Source: an uncultured delta proteobacterium
GTDB lineage: Bacteria > Desulfobacterota > Desulfobaccia > Desulfobaccales > 0-14-0-80-60-11
Reading direction: 5' to 3'
NCBI GenBank assembly: GCA_963812015.1
Contig: CAWETI010000003.1
Location: 1,120,001-1,184,000 of the forward strand
DNA: 64,000 nucleotides
Part shown: positions 9,158-18,759 of the stretch, piece by piece
How the letters are laid out: every line of letters begins with the position of its first letter
How positions within the stretch are numbered: the stretch's first letter is position 1
The notes under the pieces: generated by a model
Database searches by the model: none
The model's input: the letters and a program-made list of their open reading frames with translations, nothing else
Told to the model about the DNA's origin: nothing
Made by a program: the position numbers and the translations under genes

Positions 9158-12100
9158 TCAGCCAAGACCCAACTCTTGAATAGATAGATGAGGGGCGGCA
9201 AGCAACCTCTCTCCGAAATCGTTCAGGGCCGGGCGTAGATTCACCGTCTGCTCCACGGCCCATATAGTATCAAGCAACTGGCTCTGAATTTCCAGGGTTA
9301 GCGGCAGACCGATGCGGCGCTTCACCCATTGGCGCAGGACTTCATAGCCGCTCACCACATAGCCCCAGGCTTCCGGGGATACCGGTGCGGCGTAGGTTTC
9401 CGTCGCCAGGTACAGGTGGCGGCTTTGGGGGTCATAGTCCCCCTTCTCGATGGCGGTTGCTGGCCCCTGGATGGTGATTGAGCCGGCGGGGCAATACTCC
9501 TGGAAGCTGTGCCAGCTAACTATGCGTTGTCCCAACTCTGTGCCTTCATGGAACAGGACAAAATCTCGCGGAAACGGGACCCTGGGGAAACTCCGGGCCA
9601 GTTCCCGTGAAAAACGCAAACTGTACCCTTCCCAGGCCAGCACCCCATAGCAGTAGGCGAAAAGCTGTTCCGGCGTGATTTCCCGGCCCCAATGTGATGA
9701 TAGATTTTCCAACAGGCCGGGACGAAAGTTGTGGGTGCTTAATTGCCCGGCTGAATAGTCCCATAATGAAAAAATAGAGCCACCATTTCCAGCAAAAATA
9801 TTTCGGTCTGGAATGTTATATTGCAAGGTAACTGAAGGACCTCGACCATGCCTACAATGCTGCGACGACATCGAAATGTTAGTTCGTCCCCAAGAATTTT
9901 GTAGTTTCTCCCTTGGACGGTCAATATAGGCAGAAATGTTATAAAAATATTGGTTATCTAAGGGCCTGTAAGCATAGGGGGCAATTCTCGTTAAATCAAA
10001 TTGATATTTTAGGGCTCTATCAACAGTTCTCATCGAAGTTTCATGAAATAATTCTTTTTGTTGTTCTATGGTCCCTGAAATAAAGGATCTAATCATTTTT
10101 TCTAATTCTTGTTTTGTTGGAGAGGCAACCAATCTATCTCTTTTAGTTTCAATGCCGCTAAATTTCTTTAGGAATATTGTAGGCAAATCCGGCCAAACGG
10201 CAAAGTCAGCCCCCAGACCAGGGAAAAAAGGGTCCAGGCCGCTACCCGGAACTACCTCAAATCTATCCAGGGGCAACTCCGGAGGAAATAGTTTTAGCCA
10301 TTCTTCTTTCCCGGCCCTGGTCCCCCAATAGTCGCTATAAAAAACCTCCGCTTCAGCATCGCCCTGAGAGCCGTCGGCCACACACACCGCGATGGCTACT
10401 CCGACCTGGATGTCAAAGACATTCTGATCAGACGCAACACCAGCCGGCAAAGGGGAGCGACCGTCGCCGTGCAGATCCAGAAGATAAATCTGGTCGAAAT
10501 AGCGGCGGAACATTTGACGCATACCGCCAAAGGCCCCGCCGATGAGCCACCGAGAGTTGGTGATGAAACTCAGGATCCCCTGTCGGGGGGCGCCATCCTG
10601 CTCAAACAGCTTCCACAAAGCCCAGCGATAGAAATACGCATACCATTCAGCAAGGTTCTTCAAGTCCCCCCGATATTCCGGGGGCACCTCCCTCCGGAAG
10701 TCCTCCATCACCTCCCAAATCCAACCTGATTCGGCCTTGCCCCGACCGTAAGGGGGGTTGCCCAGTATCACCATAATGGGAACCTCGGACTTGACCCGAT
10801 CCGCCCCTTGGCGTTCTTCGGTGATGGGTGCGGACATAAAGCCGAAATGCGGCGTGACCTGGGGTTGACCATAGGAAGGCAGGAGAGTATCCGTCAGATA
10901 GATGGGCAAGCGCCCGGTGATGTGTCCACCATATTCCTGCACCGCGGTGGCCATGCGGTAATGGGCCACGGCGTAAGGTCCTACTTGAATTTCAAACCCG
11001 TGAAGATGGTTGCCCAAATGCGTGGCGGCCTGGGCGACCGCGGCCTCCCCCATGGCCCGGCGCATGTGACGACAGCCTTCCCCCATGGCCGAAACAAGGT
11101 AGGTGCCGGTGCCAACAGCCGGGTCGAGGATTTCAATACCTTCGTCCACCAAACCAAAGCGCCGCTGAAAAGCATCCACCAGCAAGCGGTTAATCACCCG
11201 TGTCTGAAAATTCACCACCGCCGGGGGTGTGTAATAGCTACCCCGTTTGCGCCGCAATTCCGGGTCATATTCCGCGAGGAAATCTTCATAGAAGTAAAGC
11301 AACGGATCATGGGATGGGTCTTCATATGCCAGTACTCCCGGGTCCACCTGGTTCACTATTTCCAGCAAGGATAATAGGCTCCACCCCACCATGTCGGTGA
11401 CCGGCGGCTGGGCCAGGAGGTTGAGGGTGGCGTTTAATAGACGGTGCCTTTCGGGACTGATGAAGGTATGGGCTGTAATAAGAGTTAGAGTCTGGCCGGT
11501 AGCCGCCTGTCGGGCCAACAGCAATCCATACGCCAGGGTTTGGGCGTAGGCATCAGCAAATTCCTTTTGTTCCAACTCGAAAAAGAGAATATCCCGAAAC
11601 TCTGAATAAATTTGCCCCAGGGGCGAATCTGGAGGGGCAACCTCCATGGCTTCTTCTACCGCGCCCCGCACCAGGCGCGCTGCCCGAGCCAGATATTGGC
11701 AAAGTTGCGCGGGTTTGGTGATGTAGGGGATGGAATAGGCGAAGAAACGCGTCAGCAAATCCAAGGCCGGAGTCGGGTCGTGAGCGGCGAGGGAGGCGGT
11801 ATAAGGGGCAGTGGGGTCCAGGCATGACCGCGGCACCAATATGGCTCGTTGGACTTCATTCTTTTCTTGAAAGAGTTTCAGGTCCCAAAAGTTGGAGTAA
11901 AGCAAATTGGGCAGTTCCAGGTACTTCTCCAACTGCTTCCGATCCTGCCCATGAAGGTTGTCCAAAGCCTTGTTTGGTTCCTTGGCCTCCAGGAATGACA
12001 AGGACCTTCCCGCTGGCTTGATACCATAATCCGGTGCGCCAATCTCTCCAGTAGAATATTGCTGAATTATGGTGAGATTGGTGTCAAGAATCGCGGCTAA

Positions 12101-12235
12101 CTCGTGGAGCAAAATTTCCAGAGGGGCATAAAGGGAGGTTTCGGGTTGATGGCCTGGGTCGTGACGGATTTGCCGGATTCTTTGACAATAGCGAGAGAGG
12201 GCTTCACGGGCTTGATTAAGCTGAACATCATTCAT
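9158..12235 (-). CDS. Single-polypeptide restriction-modification enzyme (type IIG/IIL, type ISP-like C-terminal specificity domain, no helicase)
   Basis: N-terminal PD..EAK nuclease motif (GAPDY...LEAKEP), GSYYTP, DPAVGTG (motif I), GNPPY (motif IV), C-terminal YRPLD / FPRVPFP / GYEVLRQW region. Confidence 0.85.
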   Translation of the reverse strand: MNDVQLNQAREALSRYCQRIRQIRHDPGHQPETSLYAPLEILLHELAAILDTNLTIIQQYSTGEIGAPDYGIKPAGRSLSFLEAKEPNKALDNLHGQDRKQLEKYLELPNLLYSNFWDLKLFQEKNEVQRAILVPRSCLDPTAPYTASLAAHDPTPALDLLTRFFAYSIPYITKPAQLCQYLARAARLVRGAVEEAMEVAPPDSPLGQIYSEFRDILFFELEQKEFADAYAQTLAYGLLLARQAATGQTLTLITAHTFISPERHRLLNATLNLLAQPPVTDMVGWSLLSLLEIVNQVDPGVLAYEDPSHDPLLYFYEDFLAEYDPELRRKRGSYYTPPAVVNFQTRVINRLLVDAFQRRFGLVDEGIEILDPAVGTGTYLVSAMGEGCRHMRRAMGEAAVAQAATHLGNHLHGFEIQVGPYAVAHYRMATAVQEYGGHITGRLPIYLTDTLLPSYGQPQVTPHFGFMSAPITEERQGADRVKSEVPIMVILGNPPYGRGKAESGWIWEVMEDFRREVPPEYRGDLKNLAEWYAYFYRWALWKLFEQDGAPRQGILSFITNSRWLIGGAFGGMRQMFRRYFDQIYLLDLHGDGRSPLPAGVASDQNVFDIQVGVAIAVCVADGSQGDAEAEVFYSDYWGTRAGKEEWLKLFPPELPLDRFEVVPGSGLDPFFPGLGADFAVWPDLPTIFLKKFSGIETKRDRLVASPTKQELEKMIRSFISGTIEQQKELFHETSMRTVDRALKYQFDLTRIAPYAYRPLDNQYFYNISAYIDRPREKLQNSWGRTNISMSSQHCRHGRGPSVTLQYNIPDRNIFAGNGGSIFSLWDYSAGQLSTHNFRPGLLENLSSHWGREITPEQLFAYCYGVLAWEGYSLRFSRELARSFPRVPFPRDFVLFHEGTELGQRIVSWHSFQEYCPAGSITIQGPATAIEKGDYDPQSRHLYLATETYAAPVSPEAWGYVVSGYEVLRQWVKRRIGLPLTLEIQSQLLDTIWAVEQTVNLRPALNDFGERLLAAPHLSIQELGLG

Positions 12236-12582
12236 GGGGGCATTATGCGTCAGGCGGTTATAGCTGGCAAGAGATTAGTTAACCAGGCTTTCCAGGGAAC
12301 GAGCCAAATAAAAAAGGGGCTGAAAAAATGCTATGTTATCGTAACCATCATAGTTACAGGGTAATTTGCGCATTTGGGTGAAAATCAGAAAAAGATTAGG
12401 AAAAATATGGGAAAAACATTGCAGAAAGGCGGAGGAAATTAAAAAAAATCATAAATAATTAATGGATGTGGATTAAGAAAATCGTTCAAGTCATTAAAAA
12501 CATTGAATATTAAGGATGATTAATTTAATTTAATTTTATTGCGTCAGATTTATTTTTAATAATCCAGACAACTTAACCGAAA

Positions 12583-12858
12583 TTATTGTTCGTTTTCTGC
12601 ATCTGCCAAAATGGCCTGGGCTATCGTTTCCCCTTCGGGCGTTAGGGTAATTGCTGTGGAGTAGTGGCTAAGAGTCCGCCAATATCGGACCAGCCCCCGG
12701 CGCCAAAGTCTGGTTAGGCTCCGGCTCATGCCAGCATGAGCCACATTGTAATTTCGCCCACTAAATACCTGGCGCAAAATGTCCTGACAGGTAAGAAATC
12801 TGCTTTCGAGGCATAGAAGCAAAATCTCTCTTTGTAGGTCAGATAATCTGCTACTCAT
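12583..12858 (-). CDS. Small winged-helix DNA-binding protein
   Basis: LSDLQREIL...SRSLTRLWRRGLV...ITLTPEG, MarR-like wHTH pattern. Confidence 0.65.
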   Translation of the reverse strand: MSSRLSDLQREILLLCLESRFLTCQDILRQVFSGRNYNVAHAGMSRSLTRLWRRGLVRYWRTLSHYSTAITLTPEGETIAQAILADAENEQ

Positions 12859-13082
12859 CGGTTAATTTCCCATGCTGAGGACTAAATTTTTTTGCGGTTA
12901 ATTTTTTCTGTGATTTGCCGGGAGGCATTTTCAATCCTCTCAGTCCTCCCGGTCAACCAGCCCCCACCAATTTGGAAATAGAAGTTATTTCTCATAAACT
13001 GGGCGGACTGTCTTTTGTATCAGGGATTTCTCAATCAAAATCAGGATTTCCCCGGTTTTCATCTTGAAATTGCTTTTCTATC

Positions 13083-13376
13083 CTATAAATACCAACCTGG
13101 TACGCAATCCGTTCCAAAAAGTTGACCGGCTCGGGCTTCGCATCCCTCAGTTCGGGCCGGTCTGCTTTTAATCCCTAAGACCTCCCATAAATTTGGCCGA
13201 ACCGGCTCCACCTGGAAGCCGTGGAGTTCGCCAAGGAAGGTGAAGTCGATCCTGGGCAGGGTCGGCGCCGGTCCTCGAGGCAGTACTGGACGCCGGCGCC
13301 CCGCAGGACTCCGATCAGAATGAGAGGGGTAAATCAAGGGGTAAAGATGGGCATGAGTGTTGATTCTAAGAACCAT
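13083..13376 (-). CDS. Hypothetical protein
   Basis: 97-aa ORF preceded by a strong AAGGAAAGGTGG RBS; no recognisable motif. Confidence 0.35.
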   Translation of the reverse strand: MVLRINTHAHLYPLIYPSHSDRSPAGRRRPVLPRGPAPTLPRIDFTFLGELHGFQVEPVRPNLWEVLGIKSRPARTEGCEARAGQLFGTDCVPGWYL

Positions 13377-13391
13377 TTTTCCACCTTTCCT

Positions 13392-13502
13392 TAGTGAAGG
13401 GTAGTGAAGGGTGTGAACCTTTTTTCTATAAAGTTCCTACACGAGGGGGATATATAGGAAGTTTATGGGAATAGCGTTCACCACTATTCAAACCCTTCAC
13501 TA
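13392..13502. other. Putative replication origin of the element (inverted iterons)
   Basis: TAGTGAAGGG x2 (13392-13411) with an inverted copy CCCTTCACTA (13493-13502) around an AT-rich imperfect palindrome, at the primase 3' end. Confidence 0.65.
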
Positions 13503-15853
13503 AAATCCCGCAACCCAATTCCCTGCCTGACAATTGCCCCCCCTGTACCTCTTTTCCCTTCAAGCCCACGCTCCGTAAGGATTATGCCAAATGCCGTTTG
13601 ACTTAACGGTTTCTTTTCGCCGTTTTCTTCCGCCCATTTGGTATAGGCCTTGTATAAGTTTGAGGCCGGGACCGAAGCCCCCGGCGCAATGATACAGCAC
13701 TCGGCCAGAAATTCTGCCAGGGTGTCCATTTCCTGTCGGTAGGTCTGAGTCGCCTCCTGGACGGCTTGGGGAGGATTCAACCCTTGATCTTGCCAGTTGG
13801 TGCACCCCTCGATAGCCCAATTCAGGATGCCGGGAAGTTCTGCCTTGAGTTTCTCGGCGAGTTCGCGATCTCGTTCTTCTTCTGGGATTTGGACTGTGAA
13901 AGGGATCAGATGAATCCGCCGCCAAATAGCGTTGTCGGTTCCCCGGATAACCGGTTTGTGGTTTGCCGCCAGGAAAATTTTGAACTCCGGATCAAATTCG
14001 AAATGTTCTGAATAGAGGAACCGGGCCTTGATTTTGTCGCCGCCGGTCATCTGCTTAACGAGCACTTCCGCCATGCGCCGGCCTGATTCGATTTCCACCG
14101 CGGCCACAAACCGCGCCCCCCTAAGATCAGCCACATCATTTGAAATAGGGTTACTGTTCCGCTTTACCATGAAAGTTTCGCTGGTAGTCTGAGTGGCATA
14201 ATCCCCCAGAAGGGCTTGAATGACTTTTATGAAGGTGCTCTTGCCGTTAGAGCCCAGGCCATAGAGAAAGAACAGGCATTGCTCCCAGGTGATCCCAGTA
14301 AGGGCGTACCCCACAGCTTTTTGAAGGAAAAGGATGAGTTCATAGTTCCTGTTAAAAATTCTTTCAAGAAACTTCCACCAGGTAGGACATTCGGCCTTGG
14401 CATCATATACAACCTGAGCCAGCTTGGTTATCAGGTCATTCCGCCGGTGTGCCCGGAGTTCCCCGGTTCTCAAATCAATGGTTCCATTGAGAACATTCAA
14501 AAGCCAGGGGTCCTGGTCAAATTCTGTGGGCATTATCGGTATGCGGGGCTCACTTGTGGCGCTGGCTATCATGGCCTTGCGCTTGGATTCGCTTTCCGAT
14601 CTCAAGGCGTGTTGCGCCAGGGCTTCCCGCAATTCTTTTGTCTGGGTAGCCGCGGCTTCTGCATAGATACCATGAACCGTTTCCTTGGCTCGACGGTCTA
14701 TTTCTCCGGTTTCGTCCTTAATCCACCGCGTGCCATCCCAGACCAGCCATTTGCTCCACGGGTAACAGTAGCGGATATTTTGACCATGCTTAGCCACCAG
14801 GCGCTGCGCATTTCCCATGTCGGTCAGGTTGTAGCCCATGGCCGGGCCTGGGCTGGGGGCCTCATTTGCCGCCTTGTTCACCGCCGCGGATTCAGCCGGC
14901 GTGATCCGGGTGCCGTTGATCCGGCTGGCGCCGCCCCCGTAGGTTTCAGTTGTGCCAGCCAGGGCTTTGTCAATGGTCTTAACCCCGTAAGTGCTCTTGG
15001 CTGTTGCCCTGTCCCACTTCTCCCGGTAAAGGCCGCTTGCCCGGAATATGCGATCAATCTGGCCTGGGTCCTGGGTCCAGAAAGCCAATACGGAACACAG
15101 GGCCATGTCCGCCTCACTTGCGGAAGGGTAGCCGGTGATGTCGCCCACCATGAGCCGGTCAAACTTGCCGCCGTTCTGCGCTGACTTGGCCTTGGCAATT
15201 ATTTCTAAATCGGTGAGGCCAAGAGGCATGGTAGACCTGGGGGACCCCTGAGCCTGTTCCTGAGGTTCTCCAAATACTTCCCGATGCAGGGCTTCAAGTT
15301 CGGTCTGCCGGGCTTCTATCGTGGTGGGGGTGACTTCCAGGTGGCGCCCGGTCATGGTGAAGTACCGGGCGGAGTCGTACATTTCAATCTTTCCCTTGCG
15401 ATTACCGCCTGGGGGAACGCTGGCCTTGATGATAATGTGAAGTCCGGTATCGCTGGGGCTGATTTCGGTGTAGGAATCAAGGTTTCTGACGATTTCCATG
15501 GCCCAGGGTTCGACCTCCCCTGTTTTCGGGTCCCTGCATTTGTCCAGGTCCACGCCGGTGAAAGGGTCATCAGGGGAAAATTCATAGCCAATCCCGGCAA
15601 TGCCATTACCCCTGTGCGCCTCCCAATGTCGCACCGCCTGGTCAAAGTCACCCCAGGTGTCCGGATCATCCGCCTTGGCGTTGTCGCCGGTCTTAGGGTT
15701 CACGGGAATCTTGTTCGACCGGTAGCACACCCATTGTGGCCGGTCCTTTAATTCCTGGGGTATTTTGTCAAGGTCAGGGGCCGCCGCCAGGCAACCGCCG
15801 CCAGTCACCCCCCGGTCTTGGGCAGGGGCGCCGCCAACTACACCGGGCCGCAT
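13484..15853 (-). CDS. Phage/plasmid primase-helicase, P4 family (AEP primase-polymerase + D5-like SF3 helicase)
   Basis: PQWV, GVDLDKC and TEISPS.TGLHI primase motifs, SEADMAL domain, D5_N, Walker A GLGSNGKST, KQMTGGD and IWRRI motifs. Confidence 0.92.
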   Translation of the reverse strand: MRPGVVGGAPAQDRGVTGGGCLAAAPDLDKIPQELKDRPQWVCYRSNKIPVNPKTGDNAKADDPDTWGDFDQAVRHWEAHRGNGIAGIGYEFSPDDPFTGVDLDKCRDPKTGEVEPWAMEIVRNLDSYTEISPSDTGLHIIIKASVPPGGNRKGKIEMYDSARYFTMTGRHLEVTPTTIEARQTELEALHREVFGEPQEQAQGSPRSTMPLGLTDLEIIAKAKSAQNGGKFDRLMVGDITGYPSASEADMALCSVLAFWTQDPGQIDRIFRASGLYREKWDRATAKSTYGVKTIDKALAGTTETYGGGASRINGTRITPAESAAVNKAANEAPSPGPAMGYNLTDMGNAQRLVAKHGQNIRYCYPWSKWLVWDGTRWIKDETGEIDRRAKETVHGIYAEAAATQTKELREALAQHALRSESESKRKAMIASATSEPRIPIMPTEFDQDPWLLNVLNGTIDLRTGELRAHRRNDLITKLAQVVYDAKAECPTWWKFLERIFNRNYELILFLQKAVGYALTGITWEQCLFFLYGLGSNGKSTFIKVIQALLGDYATQTTSETFMVKRNSNPISNDVADLRGARFVAAVEIESGRRMAEVLVKQMTGGDKIKARFLYSEHFEFDPEFKIFLAANHKPVIRGTDNAIWRRIHLIPFTVQIPEEERDRELAEKLKAELPGILNWAIEGCTNWQDQGLNPPQAVQEATQTYRQEMDTLAEFLAECCIIAPGASVPASNLYKAYTKWAEENGEKKPLSQTAFGIILTERGLEGKRGTGGAIVRQGIGLRDFSEGFE

Positions 15854-15855
15854 GA

Positions 15856-16080
15856 TTAAAAACCCGGCGGCGTGACGCGGTTGGCTTCCATTATCGATAG
15901 AACTTCCGGGAGATAGTACCGGACGGATTTACCGATTTTTCGGTAAGGAAATCCGCAACCTTTGGACCGATCATTTCTGAGGGTTTGAACGGCGCGGCCG
16001 GTAAGGGCGGAAACTTCCTGTTCAGTGATGTAACGCTGGGATTTCAGGTCGGAGGGCAATTCTCTGATATTGGCGCTCAT
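15856..16080 (-). CDS. Excisionase / AlpA-like helix-turn-helix protein
   Basis: YITEQEVSALTGRAVQTLRNDR...PYRKIGKSVRY; GAGGAG RBS; between integrase and primase. Confidence 0.85.
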   Translation of the reverse strand: MSANIRELPSDLKSQRYITEQEVSALTGRAVQTLRNDRSKGCGFPYRKIGKSVRYYLPEVLSIMEANRVTPPGF

Positions 16081-16324
16081 TTGACTTTCTCCTCGTGGAA
16101 AGTAGGATCATCGAGAGGTCCCTCCTTCTGGCCGTTTTGGCTGGCGTGGGCTCCCTACTCTACACACGAAGCAAAGTCAAACATTTTAGCGCCGGTGGGC
16201 GCATCCTGATTTCGGTTCAGGACGAAAACCGTAATACCAAGCTATTAACTTTTCTACCACATTGTACCCTTAAAGTCAAGTGGAAACAGGCGATACCCGT
16301 AACTTTCGCGCTGTCAATTAACCG

Positions 16325-17464
16325 TTATTTCTTTTTCCTTAAATTCGCCACCTGGGAGATACGGCTGTTCATGGCCTGGCCTATCAAGTCCCCCGCCAGA
16401 TCGGAGGCCCGGCGTAGGGTAGCATCGCGCAAATGAGCATAGCGCATCGTCATGGCGGCGCTCTTGTGTGTCAACAGCTTTTGCAGGGTGTAGAGGTCCA
16501 CTTCGCCCGATGATGCCAGCATCGAAGCGAAAGTATGCCGCAGACCGTGGAGGGGCCGGAAGCCATTGGGGAGTTCAGCCGCTTTTCGTATGCGGTCAAT
16601 AGGCCGTCTGATCTCAACTCTTTGGCCCCCGCCACGGCCAGGGAACACGAAAGGCGAGTCGGTTCTCGGATGATTCTCTAAAATATTTCTGGCCGATTGA
16701 TTTAATGGGATTGTCTGATCTTTGCCGCCCTTGGGGCTGATGATATGGATAAAGTTCTTCTCGAAATCAATATCATCCCATTTGAGTTTGAACAGTTCGC
16801 CCCTGCGCATACCAGTTACCAGGGCCATCTTCATAAAATTACCGGCATGGATGTCATGATCTTCATTAATGGCGGTCAAGAGGTTCGATAGCTGCTCCGG
16901 GGTTAAATCCTCAGTTCTGAGGTTATTTACTCGGGGAAATTCGATCTTAAACCCCAGGCCAGGGGCCAAACCTTTCTTGATTCCGAAATTAACAATCCGT
17001 TCAACTAATTCCAGAACATTCTTGACGGTCTTGGCGCTCAAGGTCTTGGATAAGTTAATCCTCAGCCGGTGTACCATGATTTGGGATAGGTCTTTGGGTT
17101 CTTTGGCCCCAAAAGTGGCTTGTAAGAATTTCTGATAGCGATAACGATCTGTTCTGAACCCCTTGGTATCGGGCTTAGGTCCGATGTACTCTTGCCAAAG
17201 CCGGTCAATGGTCCACTTGATAGCCGTCGCTTCTTCCCGGCGCTCCTTATTGCTGGCGGCACCTTCAATGCGTTTGGTTCGCTCCGCCGCCGCCCTTGCC
17301 GGGGTCATGTCGTTTTGATATTGCCGGCCAACTTTTTCCTCAATCAAGCGGCCATCACGGCGATACATGATGTAGTAAATCTTCTCTGGTCTGCCATTAC
17401 TGGCCTTTCCCATAATAAAATAGACCCCTGGATAATTCGTTTTCTCACGATCTGTCTTAGGCAT
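16325..17464 (-). CDS. Tyrosine recombinase / phage integrase
   Basis: Catalytic residues: TGMRRGE, PKGGK, HGLRH, LTHKS, RYAH; adjacent to attR. Confidence 0.95.
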   Translation of the reverse strand: MPKTDREKTNYPGVYFIMGKASNGRPEKIYYIMYRRDGRLIEEKVGRQYQNDMTPARAAAERTKRIEGAASNKERREEATAIKWTIDRLWQEYIGPKPDTKGFRTDRYRYQKFLQATFGAKEPKDLSQIMVHRLRINLSKTLSAKTVKNVLELVERIVNFGIKKGLAPGLGFKIEFPRVNNLRTEDLTPEQLSNLLTAINEDHDIHAGNFMKMALVTGMRRGELFKLKWDDIDFEKNFIHIISPKGGKDQTIPLNQSARNILENHPRTDSPFVFPGRGGGQRVEIRRPIDRIRKAAELPNGFRPLHGLRHTFASMLASSGEVDLYTLQKLLTHKSAAMTMRYAHLRDATLRRASDLAGDLIGQAMNSRISQVANLRKKK

Positions 17465-17477
17465 AGCGTCCTCCAGC

Positions 17478-17497
17478 CCCCAACAATATCCCCAACA
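17478..17497 (+). promoter_or_regulatory. Putative integrase arm-type site next to the integrase RBS
   Basis: ccccaacaatatccccaaca, near-identical to 6718-6737. Confidence 0.6.
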
Positions 17498-17612
17498 TCT
17501 GAGTTAATTTTAGGCGTATTTTACGGTATGTCAAGGGAAAAGATAAATCGCTAAATGCTTTTAGATAAAGGAGTTTTAGATGGTCATGGTAAATGGTGGT
17601 AAATGTATAACC

Positions 17613-17662
17613 CCGGGTTGTGGCCCCGGCGGTCGCGGGTTCAAGTCCCGTCGTTCACCCCA
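17613..17662 (+). repeat. attR core (duplicated 3' 50 bp of tRNA-His)
   Basis: Exact match to 6621-6670; lacks the tRNA 5' strand and D arm. Confidence 0.95.
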
Positions 17663-17814
17663 GAAAATTCAAGGGGTTAGGCTAACAAGCTTAACCCCTT
17701 CCTTTTATTTCCAACTCTATTTCCAACCTTGAGGCTCAAAACCGCCCCGGAAAGACAAGCTGTCTTATGCTGATGCCCCCTTCTCAATAATAGGCAACGC
17801 CATGATCGAGACGA

Positions 17815-18639
17815 TCAATGGGAGTCATCTGCTTCAAGAGGAGGGCTCCCCTGGGATGCCTTGCGCCTTTTCCAGAGCCAGCCGGCGATGGGAATGATGA
17901 TCCCGGCCCACAGCCACTGTCCGAACTTTTCCCAAAATTCCGTGACCTTCTGGCTCCAGGATACGTTTACTTCAATAATCTTATCAAAAGTGCGGATCGT
18001 TCTCGAGGTGGGCTGCCCTTGAACGGTAAACTTGGCGCTCAAAGTCAAATGGAGTTTTTGACGACCAGGCTTCAGGGGCTTGGCTTCCCAGGCCCATTTA
18101 GTCACGTCCTCGGAAGTTATTACCTGGGTTTCGGGGGTGACGGTTTGAATTTGAAAATGGGGGCCTGATAACCGAGCCTCCATTTGGTTGGCAACCTTGA
18201 TGCTCTCCCCTTGTTTCTCACCCTCGGCTTCGATCATCTGCTTCAATTCTTCGACCGGCTTGCTCAAGCTGAGGATAAGTTGAATCGAGGCCGTATCCTC
18301 GAGACCGATAGCAGTAGGGGCATTGAAAGCAATATTGCCCACCGGCAATTTTTCTAGAATGCGGTCAATAACTTTGAACTGGCCTAATTGGGCAGCAGGG
18401 CCCCCACGAGTCACATCTTCGTCGGGAGGCTCTGGAGGAGGCGTCACTGGCGGCCCTGGCTTGGCGCTGATTTTTGCCGGCGGTGGTTCAGAAGGTGGCC
18501 CGCACCCCAGATACAAAGCCGGTCCGGCCAGGAGCACTAACAGGATAACACCACCTATGCGGAACCAGGTTCCAACTCTCGGCTCTTTCCCAGTTTTCTT
18601 ATCCACGGATGCCCCCTTTACCAAACCTGAGGTTTGCAA
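17815..18639 (-). CDS. Hypothetical membrane-anchored protein
   Basis: N-terminal hydrophobic segment ending LGC, Pro-rich linker, predicted beta-rich domain, C-terminal TM followed by KRRK. Confidence 0.7.
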   Translation of the reverse strand: MQTSGLVKGASVDKKTGKEPRVGTWFRIGGVILLVLLAGPALYLGCGPPSEPPPAKISAKPGPPVTPPPEPPDEDVTRGGPAAQLGQFKVIDRILEKLPVGNIAFNAPTAIGLEDTASIQLILSLSKPVEELKQMIEAEGEKQGESIKVANQMEARLSGPHFQIQTVTPETQVITSEDVTKWAWEAKPLKPGRQKLHLTLSAKFTVQGQPTSRTIRTFDKIIEVNVSWSQKVTEFWEKFGQWLWAGIIIPIAGWLWKRRKASQGSPPLEADDSH

Positions 18640-18759
18640 TCATCCCGTTGGCGCCGATAAAATTGTCTATTTTTCTCGCAGCAACCTCAGGGGTTTTATA
18701 GGCCCGTCTGAGCCAGCAGGTTAAATAAGCTCACCCGGTGCATCACCTGACGTCGGCAG

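Larger units (their letters stand above)
6621..17662. mobile_element. tRNA-His-integrated ~11 kb phage-satellite-like (PICI/P4-like) element
   Basis: Flanked by identical 50-bp repeats of the tRNA 3' part; encodes tyrosine integrase, excisionase-like HTH and primase-helicase; no capsid or terminase genes recognised. Confidence 0.9.

Noticed and set aside
17613..17662. Second tRNA-His gene
   Set aside because: Only the anticodon arm to CCA is present; no 5' acceptor strand or D arm. It is attR.
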